A stretch of DNA of 64,000 nucleotides from a virus (Duplodnaviria > Caudoviricetes), in IMG/VR virus record IMGVR_UViG_3300025936_000002, positions 1 to 64,000 of that record. One strand, 5' to 3'. The translations under genes and the position numbers were made by a program. Position 1 is the stretch's first letter; each line of letters starts with the position of its first letter. Positions 26,581 through 36,606 of this stretch are shown here, one piece after another. The notes beneath the pieces were generated by a model. It saw only the letters and a list, made by a program, of their open reading frames with translations, made no database searches and was not told the origin of the DNA.

Positions 26581-27228
26581 TCACGAGCGGGCGCTGACCT
26601 GGCGAGCAAGCTCGGCCTGCTGCCTCATGATGGTGGCATCCTGCGCCTCGCGGACCCGCGTGAGGCTGGTGATCGTTTGACGGGCCTCGGCGAGCCGCTC
26701 ATGGAGTGCCGACACGGCCGATCGGCCCATCGCGATCAGCCGCTCGGCCATGGGGGTCAGCAGGGCGCTCGCCGGCGCGAGGCCGGTGGCGCCGATGATG
26801 CGCCCGGAGGCGTCGCGCACCTGGCCCATCGGGATCAGGAGGTCGACGATTGGGCGGCCCGCGGCGAGCGCGCCGATCGCGGTCACGATCGACACGATGC
26901 AGAACGTGGTGCAGCCGAACGCCTGCTCGTCGGCGGGGATGTCGGGGAGGTTCTCCACGCCGGAGTAGCCGGCGAAGTCGACGACGCCGCTGTGGACCAT
27001 GCTCCAGTGGTTCTCGTAGGCGTCCTGGGTGTCTCCGCTGACGGAGAGCTCCATGCACCCGGCGCCGGCCATCGGCGTCTCGACGGCGCGCGGCAGATCC
27101 GCCGGCGCGCATGCCGGATAGGTCACCGGCGGCAACGGCTCGCGATCGGCGGGCGCGCCGGTGTCGGACGGGCGCGTGCGGTAGATGGTGACGGGATGCG
27201 GGGTAAGATTGACGATCTTGATAGACAT
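26581..27228 (-). CDS. Hypothetical phage protein (IVNLTPH family), probably frameshifted at the 3' end
   Basis: KIVNLTPHPVTI N-terminus and a C-terminal coiled coil; a second frame continues with LVTRHRQAYALTRP. Confidence 0.55.
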   Translation of the reverse strand: MSIKIVNLTPHPVTIYRTRPSDTGAPADREPLPPVTYPACAPADLPRAVETPMAGAGCMELSVSGDTQDAYENHWSMVHSGVVDFAGYSGVENLPDIPADEQAFGCTTFCIVSIVTAIGALAAGRPIVDLLIPMGQVRDASGRIIGATGLAPASALLTPMAERLIAMGRSAVSALHERLAEARQTITSLTRVREAQDATIMRQQAELARQVSARS

Positions 27229-28437
27229 GAGAGATCTTTCTTTCTGCCGCACTCGGCGGCCTGCTCGTAAGACGTTCGTGGGGTCGCCGATCGAACACCG
27301 ATCGGCTCAAAGGGACCGGGGCGAGCCCGGAGTGGTCAGCTATTCGTCGCGCGTGGTGATCTGGATCCCGTCGACGCCATCGAGACGGTCGATCATGGCC
27401 GACTGGTCACGCAGGATCTCGCGGGCCCTGCGCGCATGCTTGGTATCCTGCGCCAGGACGACGCGCACACCACCGTCGACCTGCGGGATGCGAGCGACGA
27501 CGCGGCTCACGACCGCACCGCCCTGATCCGCGCCGCGTAGTCCGCTGCGTCCGGCTCGTCGAGCCGCGCTGCCAGCGTCTCGAGCCTGGTCGCGATCCGC
27601 TCCGCGAGCTCGGGCGACACCGCCGCCTGTGCCTCGTCCCAATCCGACGGGACGAGCGCGAGCAGCACCGGGCCGAGCGCGCGAGGGACCGAGTCGTCGA
27701 CGACCGCGCGGACGGCAGACGCCGTCGCGATCCAGCCACCGGCGACGTGCGCGGACATGCCGAGGTGCCGGGCCTGGTGCAGGGTGACGAGGCAGAGCGT
27801 GTAGGGGCTCACGCGCGACCTCCGCCCATCGACCGCTCCTGCTCGCGGCGCATCCTGGCGGCCACGTCCTCCGCCGTCTCCGGCTCGGGCAGGCGCGGCA
27901 GATCCGTGCGGCTCTGGTACCGGCCGCCGACGGATGACGCGCAACTGACGTTTGGTCTCGCGCGGCGTCACCTCGTGATATCCCATGCGTATTCGATAAG
28001 CCGCCGCGCGCTCCATCGTTACGCCCAGGTAGAAGTCCGACGAGCGCTGATCGATGTGCGTACCCTCGACGGTGCCAACCGCATGCGAGTCGACGCGGAT
28101 CCCGCCGTCGACGGCGGTCAGAGTCTCGGTGATCATAGTGCGGACGGCGCCGAAGTTGCCGTCTTGGGTGGGGCGGATGTTCTCGGTGCGGCAGAAAGTG
28201 CGGGTCGTGCCGTTCGAGAGGACCGCTTTGATGGCGGGACTGCTCTTAATTTCGGTCACGGTGAGAGAATATCCAAAAGGGGCGCCAATTCCAACACCAG
28301 AGCTAACTACGCGAAAGCACTAGAAATGCCACAGCACCTACATCAGGCACCTGTAACCGAAACGCCACAGGTACCGTCCGCTACCCGTGTAAAACAAGCC
28401 ACGCCTAGAAGGCAAGATCTTTCGCTGGGTTAGGACC

Positions 28438-28453
28438 TAACTACGCGTAATTT
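28438..28453 (+). promoter_or_regulatory. Candidate operator TAACTACGCGTAATTT
   Basis: Identical 16-mer in opposite orientation at 45478-45493, partial copy at 28304. All lie in divergent intergenic regions. Confidence 0.6.
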
Positions 28454-28539
28454 ACCGTAAATTTGACCGATCTAGCTCCGTATGACAGGGTGGGTTGACC
28501 TCAACCGGCCCCACCCATCCCCAGCAAGGACCCTATCAA

Positions 28540-28854
28540 ATGGCCCCGAAAATTGACGCTATGACTTGCTTTCGCTTGTCGCCTGAGGTTCGAGCGGCGG
28601 TAGATGTCTACTGCCATGAAAACCATCTGAGCATCACGGAGCTCTACCGAGGGCTTACCGAAACGATCTTGAACGGGGAGATGACGGGGCTCAATGAAGG
28701 CTTCCGCCAAGGTCGACAACTTGGCTTGCAGCTAGCCAAGGCCGCCCTCCAAAGGGCACACGACAGTCTCCCCCAAAACATGGAGGACGCCTTGATCGAG
28801 TACGGATCCATCAACGCGGCCGGTCCCATGAACAGCGTCACCCGAACAGGCTAG
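28540..28854 (+). CDS. Ribbon-helix-helix transcriptional regulator
   Basis: TCFRLSPEVRAAVDVYCHENHLSITELYRGL has the RHH strand-helix-helix pattern. Confidence 0.65.
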   Translation: MAPKIDAMTCFRLSPEVRAAVDVYCHENHLSITELYRGLTETILNGEMTGLNEGFRQGRQLGLQLAKAALQRAHDSLPQNMEDALIEYGSINAAGPMNSVTRTG

Positions 28855-28856
28855 GC

Positions 28857-29078
28857 TTGATCAACATGAAAGCGATCGTCTCCTGCCCTAACGATGGGCT
28901 TCCGCACGTTGTTTACTGGACCGGCCAAGTTCTGCTCCACGTTGGGGCAATCACCTACTGCAACGAGGAGATCAAGGTCAAAACCGGCGTTTTGCAGGTC
29001 CCCGACGATGTCGAAACCTGCAAGCGCTGCAACGACGCTATCGCAAATCACCGCTATCCCAAGCCACGCAAGACATGA
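28857..29078 (+). CDS. Small Cys/His protein
   Basis: CKRC plus further Cys/His; coupled to neighbours. Confidence 0.45.
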   Translation: MINMKAIVSCPNDGLPHVVYWTGQVLLHVGAITYCNEEIKVKTGVLQVPDDVETCKRCNDAIANHRYPKPRKT

Positions 29079-29278
29079 CCGGGGCGCTCGATCCGAGGAC
29101 CGACGACGGGGCTGAGTGCGATCACGGCGTCGTCTTCGATGCGGCAGCCGCCAAAGGTAAATCGGCGGGAGAAGTCAGACGACGATGGCCGCGGCTATTC
29201 GGCGTTTGTCCCAAAGGCTGCGGCTTCACAGGTATTGCCTACGCAAGCACGTTGCACTACGTATCTGGGAGCTGGTAG
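29075..29278 (+). CDS. Small Cys-rich protein
   Basis: ECDHG and CPKGCG motifs; ATGA overlap. Confidence 0.5.
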   Translation: MTGALDPRTDDGAECDHGVVFDAAAAKGKSAGEVRRRWPRLFGVCPKGCGFTGIAYASTLHYVSGSW

Positions 29279-29284
29279 CCAAAA

Positions 29285-29890
29285 ATGAATATCGCTTTCC
29301 TCGATTTCGATGGCGTATTGAACAACATCAAGATGAAACGGCAATCGAGCCGTGGTTGTTCTAGGCGGATTCAAGGTAGGCCGCCCAACTACGACGAGAT
29401 CGAGCCCTGTGGTTGTGAGCAGATCGTTCAGCATTTCGATCGGGCCAATGTCGAACAGCTCAACGAGCTAGTTGAGAAAACCCAAGCCAAGATCGTGCTC
29501 AGCACCAGTTGGCGTAAGATCTACGATGTGCCCTCGCTGGGGCATGTCCTCGAAGAGGTTGGCTTCAAGGGTGAGGTCGTCGACGAGACCCCCGATCTAC
29601 CGAACGATGAGCAATGGAAGGATTCGACGCGAGGTCGCTTCTGGATCGACCGCATCCAGCGGGGACACGAGATCGGCGAATGGCTCCTCCGGCATCCCGA
29701 GGTAACCAACTGCGTCATCCTAGATGACGCTATTGACATGTGGCAATTGACGTTTTGCCACGTCCAGACCAACGATATGGTCGGCTTGACAGCGGCCGAC
29801 GTTGGTTGCGCGGTCGACCTCTTAGCTAGCTCAGCGAGGCCGCTAGCGGCCTTCAGAGCGCGTTTTGGGATTCACCGGATTCATCGATGA
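29285..29890 (+). CDS. HAD-superfamily protein (RNA-repair-associated HAD type)
   Basis: FLDFDGVLN, IVLSTSWR, RGHEIGEWL and VILDD. Confidence 0.82.
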   Translation: MNIAFLDFDGVLNNIKMKRQSSRGCSRRIQGRPPNYDEIEPCGCEQIVQHFDRANVEQLNELVEKTQAKIVLSTSWRKIYDVPSLGHVLEEVGFKGEVVDETPDLPNDEQWKDSTRGRFWIDRIQRGHEIGEWLLRHPEVTNCVILDDAIDMWQLTFCHVQTNDMVGLTAADVGCAVDLLASSARPLAAFRARFGIHRIHR

Positions 29891-30031
29891 GTTCCATTGA
29901 GATTGAATGGCTACTCGAGGATGCATTCAAGCATCCATGTAAACATATCCGCCGAAGCGCTGCTCGGCGACTCGGTGAGATCTGGGCTCAACCAGCGCTT
30001 GAGGAGATCGAGCGCGCGCTAAATCGGAGAA

Positions 30032-30478
30032 CTAGGCCCCGATCGAGCCCAGGATCTCGACGTCCAGGTAAACCTGGACCCCGCCAGAAGCGATAACGTT
30101 CGAGATCAGGAGCGAAGGGGTAGTAGGATCAACGGTCCCTTGGATGGCATCGACCGTGAAGGACGAAGCATGACGCCGCTCGAGGCGGCAGATCGCCGTG
30201 GGCTTGTTGGGGTTGCCGACCAAGGTTGCGTTGTCTTCGCTCTGTAGGAGCGCGCGGGCCTCAGCCTGGGACGAGATGCCTCCCACCGAGATCAAACCGT
30301 AGCCTTGCGTCTTGACGCGAGCGATTTGCTTGAGCGGACCCGCGAGCGAGTCGGTCAAGAGATCGGGGGATGGGCCGCCTACGCACTGGATCTCGACCGA
30401 TTCGGACCCGACAGTCGAGTTGATCAGGTAGCGGAGCCGATTGTGGCCCGCGAATACAAGGGTTGCTGTGATGGCCAT
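30032..30478 (-). CDS. Putative virion protein, paralog A
   Basis: MAITATLV..GHNRLRYL, QGYG, AEARAL and YLDVE are shared with the two upstream ORFs. Confidence 0.7.
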   Translation of the reverse strand: MAITATLVFAGHNRLRYLINSTVGSESVEIQCVGGPSPDLLTDSLAGPLKQIARVKTQGYGLISVGGISSQAEARALLQSEDNATLVGNPNKPTAICRLERRHASSFTVDAIQGTVDPTTPSLLISNVIASGGVQVYLDVEILGSIGA

Positions 30479-30480
30479 GG

Positions 30481-30924
30481 CTACGCTCCAACTGCTCCGC
30501 CCTCGAGCTCGACGTCGAGGTATGCGACACCTGCGGCGGCGGGGGCCGTGATGGCGATAGTGGGATGACCCGAGCCATCGACATTGGCATCGACGATCCA
30601 GATCGGCGCCGTAGTTCCCGTGCGAGGCGTGAACTCGCAACGACCAGTCATCAGGAGCTGACCCGGGTTGGCCCCAGATCGATCGCTGAGCCACAGCGCG
30701 CGCGCCTGCGCCTGGGTCAAGGCGCCCGCAGGAAATGCGCCGTAGCCATCCGTGAACGTCTTGGTTAGCTGGCGGATCTTGCCGGGCGCCGAGTACGTAA
30801 GGAGGTCGTTGGTCGGCTGACCTGTCGTGGTCAGCGTGATCGTACTGCCCGCGTTCCCATCCTGCGTCAGGATCCAACGTTGGCGGTTGGGGCGAAATTC
30901 ACACACTACTGCTGTAACGGCCAT
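30481..30924 (-). CDS. Putative virion protein, paralog B
   Basis: DGYG..AGALTQAQARALWLSDR and VDANVDGSGHPTI are shared with paralog C. Confidence 0.7.
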   Translation of the reverse strand: MAVTAVVCEFRPNRQRWILTQDGNAGSTITLTTTGQPTNDLLTYSAPGKIRQLTKTFTDGYGAFPAGALTQAQARALWLSDRSGANPGQLLMTGRCEFTPRTGTTAPIWIVDANVDGSGHPTIAITAPAAAGVAYLDVELEGGAVGA

Positions 30925-30926
30925 GG

Positions 30927-31415
30927 CTAGTCTCCGATCGTATCGCCGACGTAGATGTCGAGCTCGCAAGTCGCCGAGGTATCGCCGTCGGAGACGGCGA
31001 CCGAAGCGACGTTGATCGTTGGGTGCCCCGGGCCGTCAACGTTGGCATCGACGAACCAGGCATCACTAATCCCCGTGCGGGGCGTGAGCCGGCAGAGCGC
31101 CGTAGGAACGATATCGAGTCCCGCCAACGCAGCATCCTCGGTAGACGGGTTCTGCGAGCCGATCCGGTCGGAGAGCCATAGCGCGCGGGATTTGGCCTGC
31201 GTCAGGGCCCCGGGCGCGTACTTCCCGTAACCCTGCGTAAAGGCCTTGGCGAGGAGCATCACCGGCCCTTGATTGGTGCCGAGGTCAGTCAGGATATCTG
31301 GCGTTGCCGCACCAGTCGTCGTGATGACACCCGTGTCGGCCCCCGTCGATAGGGTCGACAGGAGATACCGCAGACGATTATGCCCGGAGTGGACGAGCGT
31401 TGCCGTGATGGCCAT
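30927..31415 (-). CDS. Putative virion protein, paralog C
   Basis: MAITATLVHSGHNRLRYL, QGYG..PGALTQAKSRALWLSDR and VDANVDGPGHPTI. Confidence 0.7.
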   Translation of the reverse strand: MAITATLVHSGHNRLRYLLSTLSTGADTGVITTTGAATPDILTDLGTNQGPVMLLAKAFTQGYGKYAPGALTQAKSRALWLSDRIGSQNPSTEDAALAGLDIVPTALCRLTPRTGISDAWFVDANVDGPGHPTINVASVAVSDGDTSATCELDIYVGDTIGD

Positions 31416-31645
31416 GACGATGACCATACACGGCGATTCTACAATGATCAAACTAACTTGAGCGGAGTTCTCGGCCTGATCAGATCGCAGCGCACAATGT
31501 CCCGAAAACTTGGGGTCGGCCATCTTGTTCATCTGATCAGACGTGAACCCCAAGATCGCCTCGGAGTCGATCTGCCAGTTGCCTGGATCCAAGGTGGCGC
31601 CCTCACGGCGGTTGTAGCCGTACCATCCTACATGGCAAGCTCTCT

Positions 31646-31933
31646 TCATTGATGCCGACGATGCCCACCATCGGTAGCATTGCAGAGACTACAGAGTATC
31701 CGTAACTTGATCCCAGCTTTGTACTCACGCCAGTAGCGCGCAACCCGAGCGCTCGACGATAGTTTTCTCAAATTCCAGCTGCGACCGTTGACGTGATCGA
31801 TCTCTAGTTCGGTGGTATCCTCGACGAGCCGCAGACACTCAAGATTTTGACACCGCAGATCTGGCGCCAGAAAGTAGCACCAAGTCGGTGCGGCGCTTGG
31901 CAGCATAGTAGGCGTTCTCTCTAGTCCGCGCAT
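31646..31933 (-). CDS. HNH-type endonuclease-like protein
   Basis: CQNLEC, LEIDHVNG and LCSLCN. Confidence 0.6.
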   Translation of the reverse strand: MRGLERTPTMLPSAAPTWCYFLAPDLRCQNLECLRLVEDTTELEIDHVNGRSWNLRKLSSSARVARYWREYKAGIKLRILCSLCNATDGGHRRHQ

Positions 31934-32019
31934 TCGCCGTCATCTTGGCTCGGCGACGACGAGATCGAAGCGTCGATGGGTTAACCTTTGCGGGGTTCAC
32001 GAAAAGTAGGCTACCGGGT

Positions 32020-32949
32020 TTATCCTCGTAGCTTGTTCAGCAAAGCAGTTGCAGTTGCCGTGAACGAGCGGTTGCGTTGATGGTTCCAATCTCGCGCCTT
32101 GGTCCCCATGACATCGAGCGTATCGTCGCTCAACGAAGATAGCTCTTGCAGCGCAGCAACGATCGCCTGCGGCTCCACAGCCCATCGACGACCAAATACC
32201 GTTTCAGCGGTCAGCCTCGGTTGGAGCAGGCGGCCGAAGGTGGGCAGTACGTGCTCGTTCATCGGACTAGCATCGGTTGTAATGACGATACAGCCGCAGG
32301 CAGTAGCTTCAGTAATGTAGTGGCCCCAACCTTCAACCTCACTCGGGCAGAGATGGAAACGATGATGGCCGATCACCGCATCAAGCCCGAGGCGGGCCAT
32401 CCAGTCAAAACGAGCCACACGGGGCGGTAGGGGCCAGATCGGCAGCTTCGATACGATTGCAAGTATAGGTAAACGAACGCCAGCAGCATGGGCATCCCAA
32501 TAGGCGCGCAACACCGCTTGCGTACCTTTGGCGTTTGACCGTCCGGCGATATGCAATGCCGCATGCTGTTTGTAGACGTCATATCTAAAAGGATTCCGTG
32601 ATAAGAACCCGGTGAAATGGGCGTTATCGCAGCCGTGATCCATGAACCATTCATGCGCACCGGCGCTCTTGGTCCAGATCTGCGTCAGGTCGTGCAGGTA
32701 GATCATCCAATCTGAAGAGAACCACTCCAGATTGAAGATGCCGATGTTATGACGCGCACGGCGCAACCACTTCGGGTTGAATTTCTCGACGAAAAAGTTG
32801 ACGTCTGCGGGCTCCATAGGCTCGACGTTAGAACGCCAATCAACCTCGGTTACTTCATGCCATAGATCGCGAAGGAAGTCGCCGAGCAGCTCGCGATCGG
32901 TTGCCAAGCCGACATCGTTGTCGAGATCCGTGATCAAATTGCAGCGCAT
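32020..32949 (-). CDS. Glycosyltransferase, GT-B fold (GT4-like)
   Basis: FHLCPSEVEGWGHYITEATACGCIVITTDASPMNE contains the EX7E motif. Confidence 0.82.
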   Translation of the reverse strand: MRCNLITDLDNDVGLATDRELLGDFLRDLWHEVTEVDWRSNVEPMEPADVNFFVEKFNPKWLRRARHNIGIFNLEWFSSDWMIYLHDLTQIWTKSAGAHEWFMDHGCDNAHFTGFLSRNPFRYDVYKQHAALHIAGRSNAKGTQAVLRAYWDAHAAGVRLPILAIVSKLPIWPLPPRVARFDWMARLGLDAVIGHHRFHLCPSEVEGWGHYITEATACGCIVITTDASPMNEHVLPTFGRLLQPRLTAETVFGRRWAVEPQAIVAALQELSSLSDDTLDVMGTKARDWNHQRNRSFTATATALLNKLRG

Positions 32950-32981
32950 CGTAGATCGGATCAACCTACCAAGGCCGCCTG

Positions 32982-34646
32982 TCAAAGCTGAGCGCTGATC
33001 ACAATGCCAGCACCACCATCGCCGCCGGCGGCTCCGTTGCTGCCCGTGCCGTTACCTAACCCACCTGATCCACCTAAACCACCAGCGGCTGTAGTTGTAG
33101 GTGCTGAGCCGCTCGCTCGTAGGGCAATAACGATTCCGCCGCCGCCGCCGCCGCCACCCCCACCACCGCCACCGTTTACAGCCGCCGCCGCGCCACCGTT
33201 ACCGCCTTTGCCCCCTTTGGCTTGCAGCACTCCGGTACCTACAAACGCTCTAGCACAAACCACCAACATCCCGCCGCTACCGCCACCACCGCCGCCACCG
33301 CCGTCCGTCGTAGCCAAGGCGCCGCCCGCCCCACCACCACCGCCGCTTCCAGCTGTCCATGGAGTACCGACGTCCGATCGACCACGGATCGCCGAAATCA
33401 GGTTATGGATGTCGCCATTCGCGGCGTCTAGTAGCGTCACGGTTCCACCGTTACCACCTGCACCGTTTGACGACAGGATGGCGTTGCTGCCACCACTGCC
33501 GCCGCCCCCACCTTGGCCTGCAGCCCCAGCACCACCAACGTTTGGTGGTGCTGTAGCAGCGGCTTGAGCTCCACCGGTTGTCGTGCCCGCAACAAAGCCG
33601 CGGGGTGCATCTGTGCTGACATCACCATCGGCAGGTAGCGCGACGTCCCCGTTGCCGCCCGCTGCTGAGCCGGCGAGAACCTCCGCAGAGATTGCAAGGC
33701 CGCCTGTACCGGCGCCGGATGCGCCGACCTTGCCGTCATTACCGTTGAACGAGACGACGCCATTGCACGTAAGCGTCCCGTAGACGAGGAGCCGCCACCC
33801 TTGCATCTTGAGCGTCACGCCTACATTGATCGTGCCATCATTCAAAAACAGATCGCGCGTCGCGGTGTAGGTGTTTGACGAAGGGACCATACCTAGGATC
33901 GTGGCTGCACCGTCGAACGTTTGGTTCCCGTCGCTGCCGTCGCCGAGCAATCCAAGCGCCCCCGAGATGGTAATCTGTGCAACGCCGCCGCCGGCGTCGG
34001 TCGCAGTTACTCCAGGGCCAACAAAGTTGTGTGTTGTATGGGGGGCTCCAGCAAGAGCTACACCTTCATCTTGGACTATGACGCCTGGAATCGTCACCGT
34101 TGCGACACCGCCACCTGCATTGGTGGCTGCAACGCCCCCGCCGACAAAGTTCAGGCTGGTATGAGGTGCGCCGGGAACAGCCACACCTTCATCCAAAAAG
34201 GTAACTCCGGGGATCGCAATGCTTGCAACACCACCACCTGCATTAGCGGCTGTAACACCAGCCCCTGTGAAGTTGTGTACCGTGTGCGGTGCGCCCGCGA
34301 GCGCGATCCCCTCATCTTGGACTACTACACCTGGGATTGTAATGTTGGCGGCGCCCGCCCCGCCATCAGTCGCCGCAACTCCACCACCGATGAAGTTGTG
34401 AATGGTGTGCGGAGCCCCCGCCAGGGCCGCCCCCTCATCTTCAACGACGATCCCAGGGATCGTAATCGTCGCCACTCCACCGCCCGCGTCGCTAGCAACA
34501 ACACCTCCGCCAACAAAGTTGAGTGTCGTCGATGGAGCGTCGCTGATCGGGGTACCTTCATCCTCGACATTGACGTCAGGTTCGCCACCGCCGCCTGGAG
34601 TTGCGCCGCCAGCACCACCAAATCCACAACAATCGCTGCCATTCAT
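32982..34646 (-). CDS. Gly-rich fibre/spike protein with five 41-aa repeats
   Basis: Five DEG...GAPHT.NF.G.GV.A...GGG.A.I.IPG repeats, then a Gly-rich GGxGGxGG domain. Confidence 0.75.
   Translation of the reverse strand: MNGSDCCGFGGAGGATPGGGGEPDVNVEDEGTPISDAPSTTLNFVGGGVVASDAGGGVATITIPGIVVEDEGAALAGAPHTIHNFIGGGVAATDGGAGAANITIPGVVVQDEGIALAGAPHTVHNFTGAGVTAANAGGGVASIAIPGVTFLDEGVAVPGAPHTSLNFVGGGVAATNAGGGVATVTIPGVIVQDEGVALAGAPHTTHNFVGPGVTATDAGGGVAQITISGALGLLGDGSDGNQTFDGAATILGMVPSSNTYTATRDLFLNDGTINVGVTLKMQGWRLLVYGTLTCNGVVSFNGNDGKVGASGAGTGGLAISAEVLAGSAAGGNGDVALPADGDVSTDAPRGFVAGTTTGGAQAAATAPPNVGGAGAAGQGGGGGSGGSNAILSSNGAGGNGGTVTLLDAANGDIHNLISAIRGRSDVGTPWTAGSGGGGGAGGALATTDGGGGGGGGSGGMLVVCARAFVGTGVLQAKGGKGGNGGAAAAVNGGGGGGGGGGGGGIVIALRASGSAPTTTAAGGLGGSGGLGNGTGSNGAAGGDGGAGIVISAQL
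33960..34574 (-). repeat. Five coding tandem repeats, 123-bp period
   Basis: Residues 25-229 of the fibre ORF. Confidence 0.85.
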
Positions 34647-35182
34647 CCGTTGTAATCCTTGTGACGAATAGGCCGGGCAGTCACCGAAATCTGGAGGCCT
34701 TCAGGCAGAGTAATATCTGCCAAGACGCCACCGATCGAGAGCCGATCATAGCAGGCAATGTTGCTGAACACCTGTGAGAAGCCAACGCGATCGCTCGCGG
34801 GCCCCGCCTGCTGAACTATCGGGATCTGCGGCGCGTTGTTCCCTAGGTTGATACCGATGATCCCCAACAAGGCGCGGTTGCGCTCAGCTGCGATCGTCGG
34901 AGTCTCGACGAGATCAATTTCACCGTAGAGGCCTACAAGATCGGTGGTTCCATTACCGATCGTCCCTACCCCTGCGTCGGCACGAAATTCGATCACGATG
35001 CAGACGTAGGGCGCCTCGCGGCCCTCACCGGCGATCCAAAGTGGTCGAATGCTCGTATAGGCTTGTTCACCGCCAAGCTTCAGGCTGGTGAGGCCAGACG
35101 CAATCGTGATGAGTTGTGAACGCTCGATCGATCCGACGTTCGGGATGTTGCGGTTGAGGGGGAAACGGACGGTGCTTGACAT
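34643..35182 (-). CDS. Beta-rich putative virion protein
   Basis: 179 aa with alternating hydrophobic strands; ATGA-coupled to the fibre gene. Confidence 0.6.
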   Translation of the reverse strand: MSSTVRFPLNRNIPNVGSIERSQLITIASGLTSLKLGGEQAYTSIRPLWIAGEGREAPYVCIVIEFRADAGVGTIGNGTTDLVGLYGEIDLVETPTIAAERNRALLGIIGINLGNNAPQIPIVQQAGPASDRVGFSQVFSNIACYDRLSIGGVLADITLPEGLQISVTARPIRHKDYNG

Positions 35183-35686
35183 CTAGCGCCCCTTTTTGGT
35201 CTTCGGCGTGGCCCTCAGCCGATTTGAGATCCAAATCAAGCCGAGCGCGGTCAAGGCACCGAGCGCCAACTGTTGCCAGAAGGGAAGCAGCCTGAAGCGC
35301 ATAAATAGGCTTGTCTGCGCGCCGTAGGGGCTGTGCACAACTGAAATTGGGGGCACCCCGCCACCACCTCCGGGCACTGGGGCTGCAACGTGAGGGAGGC
35401 CGACCTCCTCAGCCACGCCAACTAGAAACTCGGCGAGACCCTTAGCAGACGTCACCGAGCTGTCTTGCTGGCTCCATTGAGCCATGACTCCTGTAGCCGT
35501 ACTGGAGGTCTCAGCACTAGGGCAAATGGATTGATAGCATTTACCTGTGGCCACCCACGCCAAGGAGGCGTAGGCCCCTTGCTTGGTATTGGCGCCCCAG
35601 AGGCCGTCTACGGCAACCCGCGGAAAGCCTCCGACCGCTGCGAAGCGGTTGATCACGTTTTGTAGGGCGGTTACGGCGGGATCCAT
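35183..35686 (-). CDS. Peptidoglycan-binding-domain protein with C-terminal TM anchor (start uncertain)
   Basis: VTALQNVIN...VDGLWGANTKQG is a PG_binding_1-like signature; TM and basic tail follow. Confidence 0.65.
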   Translation of the reverse strand: MDPAVTALQNVINRFAAVGGFPRVAVDGLWGANTKQGAYASLAWVATGKCYQSICPSAETSSTATGVMAQWSQQDSSVTSAKGLAEFLVGVAEEVGLPHVAAPVPGGGGGVPPISVVHSPYGAQTSLFMRFRLLPFWQQLALGALTALGLIWISNRLRATPKTKKGR

Positions 35687-35730
35687 CGCACCTAAGACCC
35701 TACCAAAATCCTCTGGTAGACTCGAGAAAA

Positions 35731-36606
35731 ATGGCGCCCGATTGTTATCCGTGGTGGCACGCAAAGTTTGAGCCGTTCCGGGCTCAACCGATCTACGTTA
35801 GCTCAGGCTGCGCGATCAATGCGATCGGCAACGTCGCGTGCGAGCCGGAGAGGATGCGCGCCGACGCCGAGGCGTTCCTCCGCGCCCATGGATTTCTCAG
35901 CTCGCTATCGCTCGAGGCTTACACCCTCGCGCGGTACATGCAAGGTGAGGTCGGTGGGGGGCATCCGCCGGGAACGCTGGAGGAAGCCGTTGCCGTCGGT
36001 GAAGCGGCAGTAAATCGAGCCAAGCTCGAAGGCAAACGCGATGCAAACGCGATTCTACTGTATCGCCAGAATCCCTCTCACCCTAACTACGGTTGGTATG
36101 GGCCGATCCACGGCGGGACGGGAACCACGACGGCGCCGTATGGTCGATGGGCCACGACCGGGGTTGACCCGACGGTCTTATCTTGCCTCTTGGCCGACTT
36201 GATCGTATCCGGCCAAAGCGGCAACTTTTCCAAGGGCGCCGACGATCAAGCCGGCATCCAGTACACGGCCAATTTTCCGTCGCTGCCAGCCTATGTAACG
36301 TATCTTGCCAACAACCACGGGTTTTGGGTTGGCCCCTTGGTTGGCGTGGACCACTGGCGAACCTTCTTGGTTCGCAACCAACGAGGCGAGACAGCGAGCA
36401 CTCCATGGGGCGCCGAGCGGGTCAAGTTCACCCTCGACTACCTGAACATGGACATGGCTGCCTCCGGCGGCCGGAAGATGCCCCAGCCTTGGTCAAAGGA
36501 TCTTCCGATGTGCCCTCGAAGCGGCGCGTTGTGGATCGCCGGGCTACTTGGCCTCACGATCGGTGCCTTGGCCTTTAGCCACGGCTGGATCAAGACGCCG
36601 ATTTAG
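35731..36606 (+). CDS. SleB/Hydrolase_2-like cell wall hydrolase with C-terminal TM anchor
   Basis: YTLARYMQGE...AVAVGEAAVNR, with the putative catalytic Glu in GE; C-terminal TM. Confidence 0.6.
   Translation: MAPDCYPWWHAKFEPFRAQPIYVSSGCAINAIGNVACEPERMRADAEAFLRAHGFLSSLSLEAYTLARYMQGEVGGGHPPGTLEEAVAVGEAAVNRAKLEGKRDANAILLYRQNPSHPNYGWYGPIHGGTGTTTAPYGRWATTGVDPTVLSCLLADLIVSGQSGNFSKGADDQAGIQYTANFPSLPAYVTYLANNHGFWVGPLVGVDHWRTFLVRNQRGETASTPWGAERVKFTLDYLNMDMAASGGRKMPQPWSKDLPMCPRSGALWIAGLLGLTIGALAFSHGWIKTPI

Noticed and set aside
33004-34655. Pro-rich plus-strand ORFs (33004-33567 and others)
   Set aside because: Antisense shadows of the Gly-rich fibre gene.
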